From Caecitellus pseudoparvulus (Eukaryota > Protista > Bigyra: Bicosoecida), in assembly GCA_965644315.1 (NCBI GenBank), contig CBFFRQ010000093.1, positions 1-64,000 of the forward strand: a stretch of 64,000 bases of DNA, read 5' to 3'. Every line of letters starts with the position of its first letter. The stretch's first letter is position 1. Below, in pieces: positions 32,649 to 42,665 of this stretch. Under the pieces are notes generated by a model. That model saw only the letters and a program-made list of their open reading frames with translations, did not search any database and had not been told where the DNA came from. A program made the position numbers and the translations under genes.

Positions 32649-35103
32649 CTAAAGCTCGCGCCTGAGAGGTGGCGTGACTGCTGGCTTGGGGGTGGCTTTC
32701 CGGCTCTCTTTGCCGAGCTTGCGCAGCGCCTTGGTGAGCACGCTGCGCGCCAGCTCCACGTCTGCCTTGGACAGCAAGCCCATCTGCACATCCCCAAGCC
32801 AAGCCTGCTGAACCGCAGAAGCCACGCCCTCTGCCACCACCACTACTGGCGCATTGCCGAGGCCATCAGAAGCCTTCGCATTGGACGCCGTGGAATCGTG
32901 AATGGCCGCAATGCCCTTCCCTGCATCAATCACTTCACCTCCAGTCATGGCGCCCATGCGCAGCGACCCCGACTTGCCGCGCCTAACAAACACCAGCGAA
33001 GGCAGCTCCTCAGCGGCTGCATCGCCCTTCTCTTGCAGCAGCCGTTTATAGGCGGACAGGAACGTCGCCTTTGCAGTGTTGCTGTTCCCGTCCAGCAAAA
33101 CGTCTGAGAAGCTGCCAAACATGCCAGGGAGCTGGCGAGCTGCCTTGACTTGTTTCTTGGCCAGCAGGGCGTCCCGGGCAAGCTCCCCCAAGGCAGGCTC
33201 CAGTGGCAGCGTGCGGGGGGCGGCCTTGTCCAGCAGCGCGAGCAGCAGCATCCAAGCCTTGGCTTGCACGTCCTTCCCGCGCCACTTGGCGGCAATGGGT
33301 GCCGCCACGTCTTGGCGAAGCACAACGGTGCGGTCGACCTTCAGGAGCCGGCCTGTCGCCGCCGTGAGGCTGTTGTGGATGGCATCGGCCGACCTGGCGA
33401 AGGTCTTGCCCTGAGCCAGCGTGCTGCCCACCAAGACGACGCACAGCTTCTCCTCATTCTTGGTCGGCGTGAGGCACTCCAACAGGTCAATGAACGAGGC
33501 AACTTTCACTGGTGGCAGTGGCTTTGAGCCCGGCGCTGGGGTCGCACGCACAGACGGGTTGGCGGGCTTCGGGCTTCGTGCCTTCTTGGCTTTGACTTGG
33601 GCGCGCTTGACATCTGCAGGGAAGCTCTTGCCTGCCGACAGCAGCCACTTGCGGATGCCCGCTGCGCTGCCTGCTTTACCCGAGTACACGCTCAGGACAG
33701 ACAGCCCCCAGTCCTTGTCCTTCAACGCTGCCCCAGGCTCTGTTGCCGGGCGAAACAGCAGCAGCTTCGGCTGCGCCGTGACGTTCAGTTTCCCAACAAT
33801 GCCCGCCTTGTTGTCCAGGGCTGCTTGGTCAGCGTGGACTTGCAGGAAGATGGGCTTCCACGTCCCGCGTGGCTTGCGAGTGCCGCCTTCCGCATAATCC
33901 CCCGCAACGGCTCGGAGCAGGGGCCGAGGCTCAGCGTGCGAGCTGACCAGGATGACACAGCCCCCATCACACTTGCCGCCCTTGGAGACACGGGCAAGGG
34001 TGTCGTCCTTAGTGTTGCTCAGCACACGCACGGTGTCTGGGAGGGCCTCCAGCAGGGCCTTGCGGATCTCGGCAGCAGAGTTCCGGCCCTTGTACAGCTC
34101 GCTGCCGCCTGGGGCAAGAATGCGCAGAGTCGGAAGCTCCTGGATGTCCTGCCCCTCGCAAATGGACTCCTGTGTATCGCAGTTCACCACGCCTACCCGA
34201 ACGATGCCCTTCATCCCTTGAGCCAGCTTCTTGATGCCTGGCGCAAGTTTGCGGCAGTGCCGGCAGGCAGGGGAGTAGAACTCCAACAGCCACACGTTGT
34301 TGTGCCGCGCACTGCGGGGAACGTAGCTCTTCCAGTTCCGTCGGTTCAGCTCCACGACACCATCACCAGCCGAGTACAGCTCGGCAGGCGGGCGTTGCCG
34401 AGGGCGCCGACCGTGAAAACCACCTGACCCACCAGCACCCCCTGGGAAGCCACCGCCCATGCCACCTCCAGTGTGGAAGGAGTGGGAGCCACCACCCTCC
34501 CCACCGAAGAAGGAGTTGAACATGTTGAACGCATCGTTCAAGTCGAACTCAAAGTGCATGCCCTCTCCGCCGGGGCCGCCTCCATGGAAGCCACCACCTG
34601 ATCCCCAATCTCCACCCTGCGGCCCTCCACCAGGGCCCCCACCCCCTCCATCCATGCCCGCCTCGCCAACATGATCGTACACTCGCCGCTTTTCTGGGTC
34701 TGTGATTGCGCAGGTGACAGACACATGGCGTGTTGAGGGGCGGGGAAAGTGGCAGAGTTTCAGCGGCGTTTCGGGGCGCCCTTCCACACCACGCCAGGGG
34801 CGCCGCACGCACCTGACAGCACATCATAGGCTTGGCTGATTTCCTGAAACTTCTCCGTGTCTCCGCCTTTGTCGGGGTGGTGCTGTAGTGCAAGCTTTCT
34901 GTATGCCTGTGACGAGCAACGCGCGGCACGCTGCAGACAGTCTCCGGCACACACGTGGCGGCCTCGCCTCGCCGCACCTTTTTCAGCGCCTTGTCATCAA
35001 CATTGCGAGGCACGCCCAGGATTTTGTAGTAATCTCGGCCAGCAAGCACAGCCATGAGAAGGGTGGCCAGGCAGCCCAGCACGAGCAAACGGTGGCTCTT
35101 CAT
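32649..35103 (-). CDS. ER-luminal DnaJ + thioredoxin-domain co-chaperone (ERdj-like), intron-containing
   Basis: Signal peptide, [13 protein letters not shown], a G/F-rich linker, [10 protein letters not shown] thioredoxin motif and C-terminal RREL. Confidence 0.88.
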
Positions 35104-35436
35104 GCTGCAAATGTGGTGACAGGACACTGATTTCGGTTCGCGAGCACGCCGCCAAGAAAGCGCGCCCTGCCGTGCGTGGCAATCAGGCCAAGCTCGGAGT
35201 TGGACAGCTCGCAGGAAGTGCTGTGGGCTGCACAGCACGCATGTGCTTCAGCGCCATCCCATGCAGTCAGCTTCGGGATTCACGAGTTTCCAACGCTGCG
35301 TGTTTTGAATGGCCAGCAGTGCTGACCACGCTCGTGCACAGCAGGCGGAGAACACACGCCCCCCTCAGCGACAACGCGGGGCAGGTGGACCACAAGCGCA
35401 GAGCACACCTTGTGACTACTCTCTCAATAGGCTGAT

Positions 35437-36999
35437 TCATTTTGCAGGGCCGGTGGTGCCTCGCTTTCGCAGGCCACCGGCGGGGGTTGACTCGCCTTTG
35501 GCTTCCGCGCTCCCCTCTGCTTCGTGGGCGGCATGGCGCCGGGCCAGCGCCCTCCGACCACCCAACACCAGCTTGACATGCGGCTTTCCGAGAGAAGTCG
35601 TCAACAAAAGCACAGCAGAAGCCACCAGCAATGCGGCGGGGTACCAACAGAACAGCTTGTGCACCGCTTGGGTGGTGGCCATGGTGGCGGGGTCAGCAGC
35701 CTTGTTGAAATGCGCCTGCGCAAGGACATACGAAGTCAGAACACCCTGCAATGCCCCACTTCCTCTGCGGAGCAACGACTTCAAGGCAAAGAGGGCTTGG
35801 GCCCCCGCTGGGCGTGCTGCTTCAGACAAGTTGTCCACCACCGCACCGCTGAAGAGCTCAGGCAGGACAAGGAATACAGACAGCATAGCCCCTGTCAAGC
35901 CCACATTGAGCAGTGCTGAGTGGTAAGAACGGATGCCCATGACAGAGTACAGCCCCACACTGTACGCAGCAACGCCGATGGCGAAAAGGGTTGACCAGGA
36001 CAGCACCCGCAGCCGTGCGATGTGCGCCCACATGGGGCCTGCCAGACCGCCTGCGACGTAAAACACAAAGTACAAGACAGGCAACAGTGCTGCGCCCGGC
36101 ACCAAGATGTCCCAGAAGTCGGAGTCAGGGGTGTCCTTGTTCTGAATGAATGCCTCCGTTGGAAGCAACGCAGCCGCCAAGGGCCGCAGGGCGGCAGCCA
36201 GCGGGGGCACCGACGAGATGCTCATCATCGCCCCTGGAATGTCCACTCCGAATCGGAACACGTGCCCCACAAGCAGTGGGAAGGCGTTGGTGACCAGCGC
36301 ATTGGCCATGGCAGACAGGAAGTCTGACAAGAGGTAGGCCCAAGCATCCCAGCTCTTCAGGACCTCGGTGAGGCTCGAGAGACGAGAGGGCCTAGGAGCA
36401 CTTGAAGACGCCTTCGTTGACGCTGCCGTCATCAACACCACACCACCTGTCAGCCAGAACAGCAGGCAAGCAGCTCCGAGCATAAGGCCAACCCCCACTG
36501 CGTTTTCCCAGGCAGGCCCTGCCACCAGAGAGACGAGGAAAGTCCCAGACAGGAGGCCCACAATGACAAACTGCTGCTTGTACCCGACGGCTGCAGCACG
36601 GGCGTCGTCACTCTTGAAAATACGAGGAAATGAGGAGGTGTACGCGAGACAGAGAGCGGCGTGGCTCACGCCATGCAACACCAGCGCTCCCAGCTGCCCG
36701 TGTGGGATGTCTTCCAAGCTGATTGGGGCCGTCCAGAGGGACACGGTGGACAGTGTCCAAATGCCCATGAGGAAGAATGCGGCGGCCCTGCCAAGCTGGG
36801 GCGCCGCAACGCCCATGAAGAGCTCAGAGCAGGCAGCGGCTGCGGAAAATGCAAGCCACAGGCTGGACACGTCAAGGCCTTGCTGGCGAAGCATGGTCTG
36901 AGCATGCGCGCTGGTCGCAAGCTGAACAGCTGTCATGGGTGCATACCCTGCGATGAACAGCTTCTGCCGCCATGACAATGGGGGGGCGGAGCCCGCCAT
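35437..36999 (-). CDS. Major facilitator superfamily transporter (GPH/MFS_2-like)
   Basis: 520-aa ORF with about 12 hydrophobic segments in two bundles. The N-terminus is PPLSWRQKL. Confidence 0.7.
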   Translation of the reverse strand: MAGSAPPLSWRQKLFIAGYAPMTAVQLATSAHAQTMLRQQGLDVSSLWLAFSAAAACSELFMGVAAPQLGRAAAFFLMGIWTLSTVSLWTAPISLEDIPHGQLGALVLHGVSHAALCLAYTSSFPRIFKSDDARAAAVGYKQQFVIVGLLSGTFLVSLVAGPAWENAVGVGLMLGAACLLFWLTGGVVLMTAASTKASSSAPRPSRLSSLTEVLKSWDAWAYLLSDFLSAMANALVTNAFPLLVGHVFRFGVDIPGAMMSISSVPPLAAALRPLAAALLPTEAFIQNKDTPDSDFWDILVPGAALLPVLYFVFYVAGGLAGPMWAHIARLRVLSWSTLFAIGVAAYSVGLYSVMGIRSYHSALLNVGLTGAMLSVFLVLPELFSGAVVDNLSEAARPAGAQALFALKSLLRRGSGALQGVLTSYVLAQAHFNKAADPATMATTQAVHKLFCWYPAALLVASAVLLLTTSLGKPHVKLVLGGRRALARRHAAHEAEGSAEAKGESTPAGGLRKRGTTGPAK

Positions 37000-37292
37000 G
37001 GCGACCTTCGCTTCAACGGTCGTGGTCCAGCGCAGCAGCGTGCTTCGGGGCTACTCCCCGCGACTGCTGAGACAGCAATCAGAGTCTGAGCGAGGAATAA
37101 ATTCGGAGTAACAAAAGCAGTTTTGACGGGTCAGTACAACTGCTGCATACTCGGCACGCGACGAATGGGGGCTGAACTTTCGACTGGGGCTCGCCAGCCC
37201 CATCGAAGCACATGCGCGGCTTCGCGGCAAAAGCGATTGGCGGGCTGCCTATCACCCGGCACAGGGTATGGAACGGCCGCCACTCCTCAACT

Positions 37293-40200
37293 TCAGCTGG
37301 TGGTGTCCTTGCCAGCCCCAGCTGCGGCTTGAGACGAGGTATTTGTTGCAGCACCTGCAGCAGCAGTCCGTGAAGGCGGCTTGGCGATCCCACTCAGCAT
37401 TTCTGGGTGCGACGCAAGAATGCTTGCGAGCTGTGTCTCTCTCACTTGATCAGCCGCGGCTTGGTGCCCCAGTGCTGCAGCTTTCTGGAACAGTTCCTTG
37501 GCCGCATCAGGGTCCTCTGCCACGCCGACACCGTGCTGCGTCATGACCGCCAAGTTGTACAGCGCATCGGCATCATCTTGGGCGGCTGCCTGCAGGAAGC
37601 ACTCATACGCCATCTGCAAGTCCAAAGGCACGCCTGTGCCTTTCATGTACATGCGGCCCAAGCTGCACTGCGCCTGCGGGTGCCCCGCCTGGGCCGCCAG
37701 CGCCAGCCACCGACACGCGCGTGCCTGGTCCTGCTCCACGCCCTCTCCCTCTGCAAACATCCAGCCCAGGTGCAAGGCGGCATCAACATGGCCTTCTTCA
37801 GCAGCTGCTTCTAACCACCGCACGGCTTTCCCCGGGTTCTTTCTCACGCCACGGCCGTCCAGGTACATCTGGGCCAGGTTCGCCTGTGCAATGCTGTTGC
37901 CTGCTTCGGCCGCCCGCTTGTACCATTTGGACGCCCGCTTGTCATCCTGCACTATGCCCTGTCCTTCATCGTACATCAGTGCAAGATTAACCTGGGCGGC
38001 AGCATTTCCTGCTTCCGCAGCTTTCCGGTACCACTTGTAGGCCTTCTTCAAGTCCTGCCCGCCAGGGTCGTGCGCATACAGCGAGCCGAGGTTGCTTTGA
38101 GCAGCGGCGTTGCCCTTCTTTGCAGCCTTGCGCAACCAATCTTTGGCTTTCGAGGTATCTTGAGGCACGCCTTGGCCTTGCGCGTACAGCACACCCAGGT
38201 CGCACTGCGCTTCATCGTGCCCGGCCTCGGCTGCCTTGCTCAGCCACTTGGCCGCAGCGCCGTACGCCTGAGTGACACCTCGGCCATGAAGGAAGGCAAG
38301 TCCCACCCTGTGCTGGCCGTCTGCGCTGCCTGCCTCAGCGGCCTTGCTGAACCAGTCGAACGAAGCGGCGGCGTCTGTCGCGACGCCGTCTCCATGCAGC
38401 AGGCGGTCACCCAACATCACTTGGGACCTGGTGTGCCCGCCTGCAGCTGCCTTCCTGTACCAAGACATGGATGTCTCTGCACAGGCAGGCACACCCCGCC
38501 CCTCCTCGTACAACTGTGCAAGGGCCGCCATCGCCTTCACCTCACCCTGCTCCGCCGCAGCCTGGTACCACTTCTTGGCTTCCGGGAGGGCTGCGCCCAC
38601 TCCATGGCCGTGCTCAAACATGGCCCCCAGTGCTGCCATGGCAGTCACATCGCCGCCAAGGGCCGCACTCTTTGCTGTCCTAAAGTCAGACTCGGCGCGG
38701 GCAGTGTCCAGCGCGTCCTGCTGCGCCTCAGTCATTGCCACAGCTTGTTCTGGCTCTGTCCTTGCTGCAGCTGCATCATCGTGTGCTTCATTTGGCGTGT
38801 AACCCGGCAAGCCTTCACCAGAGGCAGCCGCTTTGCTCTCTGCGCTTTGCAACAGTTCAGGCCCTCCGCGCAGGCGAGGGGTCAGTTTGCTGGGGGATGG
38901 ACCTGCCTTGGACATGGCAAAGATCGGCCCGGCGCAGCTCCCCCGATGGATGCGAGGCTTGGTGCGGAGTGGGGGCGAAGACACTGGGGATGCATCGCCA
39001 ACTGTATCGGGAGGGGCACATGCCTCACGAGGCGAGGACTCAGCGGGCTCTCGCTGTGGCTGGTCGCTAGTTGCGCTGCGTGCTTCACCGCCACTCTCAC
39101 CATTGAGCATGGTTGTTACCCGCTTCAAGGAGCGCCCCGCTTCGATGTGGCCTTGGGCTGAGGCTTTTGCATACCAGTCTTTTGCAACTATAAGGTTAAC
39201 CATCGTTCCGCGGCCAAGTTCGTGGAACAGGCCCACACGGTATTGCGCGTCTGAGTCGCCGCCGTTTCCCCCCACTTCGTACCAGTGCAGTGCTTGAGGC
39301 AAGTCTTGCGGGAGCCCTTCGCCCGTCTCTGCCATGCGACCCAAGTTGAACGCGGCCGAAGGATCCCCTGCCTTGGCTGCCTTCTCGTACCATTTGCTGG
39401 CGAGGTACCGATCTTGCCTGACACCGAGGCCCAGGTCGTGCATGACACCCAAGCAGCACTGGGCCCCAACGTGGCCCTGCTCTGCTGCCTCCTGGTACAG
39501 TTTGGCGGCGGCAGCTGCATCAGGTTCGACTCCGAATCCGTCTTCATGCAGCACAGCCAGCCGAAAAGTTGCGTCTACGTCTCCAGCTTCCCGCGCCACT
39601 CTGTACCAGCGCAGGGCCGCTGCATCATCAGTGGGCACGCCGCGCCCTTGTTCAAACTTCAAGGCGAGATTGTATGCCGCCTCTGCGCTTCCTAGGCCAG
39701 CAGCCTTCTCGTACCATTCCAGCGCCTCAGCATCATCCACGCTGCAGCCCTCGCCGCTCTCCAGCGCCAGCCCCAGTCCTGTCATGGCTCCCACGTGTCC
39801 TGCATCTGATGCTCGTCGGAAGAGGTGCACAGCCCTCCATGGGTCCTTGCGCATGCCTTCGCCCGCTTGGCACATGCAGGCAAGGCAGAATTCAGCGGTT
39901 GTGTTTCCTGCCTCCGCGGCCTGCTCGAAGAGCCCGACAGCCTTCAGCGGGCTCTTGGCCACACCCAAACCTTCCAGGAACAAGCAGCCCAGCATAGCTG
40001 CAGCATCGGGGTCCCCTGCACCGGCAGCTGCAGTGTAGTGCTTTGCGGCGGCTTCAAGGTCGGCCGGAATGCCACTCCCATACTGTAACATGACGCCAAG
40101 GTTGTACTGCGCCTGGGTGTTCCCAGCCGCTGCGGCCCGCGCGAACCACTTCGCTGCCTCGGCTGCATCCTGCCTGCAGCCAGTTCCTTGCTGGTGCAGG

Positions 40201-41030
40201 AACCCTAAGTTGCACTGCGCTGCAGCACAACCTCCTGATGCTGCCTGCTCATACAGCTCACGGGCTTTGCTGTGGTCCATTGGCACCCCTGACCCGCCTT
40301 CGTACATGAGACCGAGGTTAAAAGCAGCCAAGGTATGCCCAGCAGCTGCCGCTTTTGTGTAGCATGCGGCGGCGGCGAAGTCATTTGATATGCCCGCCTC
40401 CCCAGAGCTGTACAGCAGCCCCATGCGGAACTGCGCGTCCGCATCGCCAAGCTCAGCAGCCCTGGCATACCACTCCAGAGCAACACCTGCATCCGCAGGA
40501 GTCCCATCCCCTTGCTCGTGCTTGAGGCCGAGGTTGAATGCTCCCGCGCTCTGCCCGCCTCGGAATGCCTCAGCATACCATTTGCCTGCTTCGGACGGGT
40601 CGCGAGGACTGCCCTTGCCCAAGTCCAGGAGCAGCCCCAGCGCACATGCGGCTGCTGCATGGCCACCAGCTGCAGCACTTCGATATGCTTTAGCAGCCGC
40701 TTTGAAGCCGGCTTCACTGCCCAGCCTCTCTGCCTCCACTCCTTGCTGGTATGCTTGCTCGCCAGCGTCGCTTCCGTTGACTTGCGTGGCTGACGCGGCG
40801 AGAGGACCCTTCAACAGATCATCCGAGGGCGCTGTTCCTACAGCCATTCTATCAGGCCCTTCGTCACCATGCTGCCTGCTCTGGTCAGCAGCCTGTGAAA
40901 CGTCGCGCTGGCCAACAGCGGCAGCAGCTTCGGCGAGACTTCCTGAGGAAACATAAGCGTCGCCCGTTTCCGGGAACGAGCCCAGCCCTTCTTGAGGATG
41001 GATGCCGCCTTCAACCATTTGGTCCTCCAT
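37293..41030 (-). CDS. Sel1-like repeat protein (~26 repeats in blocks of ~15 and ~11)
   Basis: 36-aa units of the form AQxNLGxMYxxGxGVxxDxxxAxxWYxxAAxxG. The in-frame ORF extends upstream to 41228. Confidence 0.92.
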   Translation of the reverse strand: MEDQMVEGGIHPQEGLGSFPETGDAYVSSGSLAEAAAAVGQRDVSQAADQSRQHGDEGPDRMAVGTAPSDDLLKGPLAASATQVNGSDAGEQAYQQGVEAERLGSEAGFKAAAKAYRSAAAGGHAAAACALGLLLDLGKGSPRDPSEAGKWYAEAFRGGQSAGAFNLGLKHEQGDGTPADAGVALEWYARAAELGDADAQFRMGLLYSSGEAGISNDFAAAACYTKAAAAGHTLAAFNLGLMYEGGSGVPMDHSKARELYEQAASGGCAAAQCNLGFLHQQGTGCRQDAAEAAKWFARAAAAGNTQAQYNLGVMLQYGSGIPADLEAAAKHYTAAAGAGDPDAAAMLGCLFLEGLGVAKSPLKAVGLFEQAAEAGNTTAEFCLACMCQAGEGMRKDPWRAVHLFRRASDAGHVGAMTGLGLALESGEGCSVDDAEALEWYEKAAGLGSAEAAYNLALKFEQGRGVPTDDAAALRWYRVAREAGDVDATFRLAVLHEDGFGVEPDAAAAAKLYQEAAEQGHVGAQCCLGVMHDLGLGVRQDRYLASKWYEKAAKAGDPSAAFNLGRMAETGEGLPQDLPQALHWYEVGGNGGDSDAQYRVGLFHELGRGTMVNLIVAKDWYAKASAQGHIEAGRSLKRVTTMLNGESGGEARSATSDQPQREPAESSPREACAPPDTVGDASPVSSPPLRTKPRIHRGSCAGPIFAMSKAGPSPSKLTPRLRGGPELLQSAESKAAASGEGLPGYTPNEAHDDAAAARTEPEQAVAMTEAQQDALDTARAESDFRTAKSAALGGDVTAMAALGAMFEHGHGVGAALPEAKKWYQAAAEQGEVKAMAALAQLYEEGRGVPACAETSMSWYRKAAAGGHTRSQVMLGDRLLHGDGVATDAAASFDWFSKAAEAGSADGQHRVGLAFLHGRGVTQAYGAAAKWLSKAAEAGHDEAQCDLGVLYAQGQGVPQDTSKAKDWLRKAAKKGNAAAQSNLGSLYAHDPGGQDLKKAYKWYRKAAEAGNAAAQVNLALMYDEGQGIVQDDKRASKWYKRAAEAGNSIAQANLAQMYLDGRGVRKNPGKAVRWLEAAAEEGHVDAALHLGWMFAEGEGVEQDQARACRWLALAAQAGHPQAQCSLGRMYMKGTGVPLDLQMAYECFLQAAAQDDADALYNLAVMTQHGVGVAEDPDAAKELFQKAAALGHQAAADQVRETQLASILASHPEMLSGIAKPPSRTAAAGAATNTSSQAAAGAGKDTTS

Positions 41031-41953
41031 TAATGCACAGCCGCCCTCCTTACTACCGTTGCGTCTGCATGGAGGGCAAAACGACGTTGGTGGCGCCTTG
41101 GTTGGCGAGGCACTGCAGCTTGCCCCTGAAGGCTGTGCCTGCGCACGTTGCCCTTCCAGGCAAGCGCTGGCCAGACCAACCATGATACCCCAGCCAAGCA
41201 TAATGAGAAGGCGTCGCGGGTCAGACACAACTCATGAGAACTGCACGCTTCGCCGCCGGTCGTGCGGACATGAGCGGGTTGCAAGCGACATGGCTGAGCT
41301 TGCCCATCGCTGCTCCTCGCTGACACGCTGCACATGTAAGACTCCAGGGCGCTGTCCCTCACCTGAAGCAACTTAACAACGACAAGAGCCCTCTTTGCGC
41401 ACTGATTCTCCACGCAGCGTGGGGGGCTGTGGCCTTGACGATGGAGCTGCTCGCATGTGCTGCGAAGCCCCAAGCTTTCGCTGGGTTGCTGGCAGGGCCC
41501 TCTGAAATGTGAAAAGAAGCACCGAAAGAACACCCCAAATGGTTGCTTATGTGACTGGAAAGGCGAACGATTGCCACAGGTTTTCATTTTGCCCTGCCCG
41601 TGCCCTGGCCAACCCACACAACCTGCAGCGGCAGCAGCTCCTGTCCTGCTCAACTCTCGCAAAGCACAGCGTTCAAAACAGCGGTTCAGGCACAATATCA
41701 ACCTCCAAACCATGCTGTTGACATATGCAGGGGCTTTTGGTCGCCCTTGCTCTGCGTAGGTTCCGCGCTGGGAACCTGAGTGCTCTGCGAAGCGGAGTTC
41801 TCGGGAGCGTCCCCTTGCTGACGTGCAGGCGCTCTGGCTGCCTGGTTTCTGACCTGACGAGGCAAGTGGCAAGCTTCACCACAATATTTACCTTATACAG
41901 CCCCACTGAAGGACGAGGGCATCCTCGCAGAACACGGATCGCGGTTCTGTGGC

Positions 41954-42631
41954 ATGGCAGCTCGACTGCGCCAGGCTCAGTCAATTTCCGCACACACCAG
42001 TGCATTGCCTCGTGAGGAAGCAGACGGCCGATCCCGACAATGCCCCCATGCAAACAAGCAAAACATAGTACATACACAGCATGCTGCCGCTGATCTGGGT
42101 ACCGCTTTCAAAGGCCCTGAACTTCCCACAACGTCCCGACGGACAGCCAAAGAGCTGTTGGCGTCCGTCCATGCACACTCCAGGTCCAACAGCGGCACTT
42201 CTCAGGACCTGTCCGGCAGCCCACAACTTACCTCTCGGAAAGTTGCGCACTGCCCAGTTGCACCTACTTCTACTCAGGCGACGCCAAGTGGCTGCCCGGT
42301 GTTACATGAGTCTCCCGATTCGGCGCCGCGGTGTGGGGGAGCCCTGCCGCACCCGCCTCCAGCTCGCCAAGACGGCGAGTACACTCTGGAAGAAGTGGCC
42401 AAGCACAACACCATTGATGATTGTTGGCTTGTAGCTCATGGTATGGTGTTTGACGTTACCTCATTTCTCACGGAGCACCCTGCTGGAATCAGTACCATCA
42501 TGCGCCACGCCGGGCAGGAAAGCACAGAAGACTTCGACTTTCATTCTCCAACAGCTCAAAAGCTTTGGCGAGAGTACAAGATAGGCACCTTGAAGGGATA
42601 CAAAGCTCCTTTATCTTGTTGCACCATGTAG
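41954..42631 (+). CDS. Cytochrome b5 heme-binding domain protein with a C-terminal CaaX-like end
   Basis: YTLEEVAKHNTIDDCWL...FDVTSFLTEHPAG...DFHSPTA...YKIG; the protein ends SCCTM. Confidence 0.85.
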   Translation: MAARLRQAQSISAHTSALPREEADGRSRQCPHANKQNIVHTQHAAADLGTAFKGPELPTTSRRTAKELLASVHAHSRSNSGTSQDLSGSPQLTSRKVAHCPVAPTSTQATPSGCPVLHESPDSAPRCGGALPHPPPARQDGEYTLEEVAKHNTIDDCWLVAHGMVFDVTSFLTEHPAGISTIMRHAGQESTEDFDFHSPTAQKLWREYKIGTLKGYKAPLSCCTM

Positions 42632-42642
42632 CCTGTGGGCCT

Positions 42643-42655
42643 TGCATTTAATGCA
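42643..42655. promoter_or_regulatory. Candidate 3'-end (polyadenylation) motif AATGCA in both orientations between convergent genes
   Basis: TGCATT-T-AATGCA lies in a 34-bp gap between two stop codons. The same motif recurs just after several other stops. Confidence 0.35.
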
Positions 42656-42665
42656 CTTAACCACG

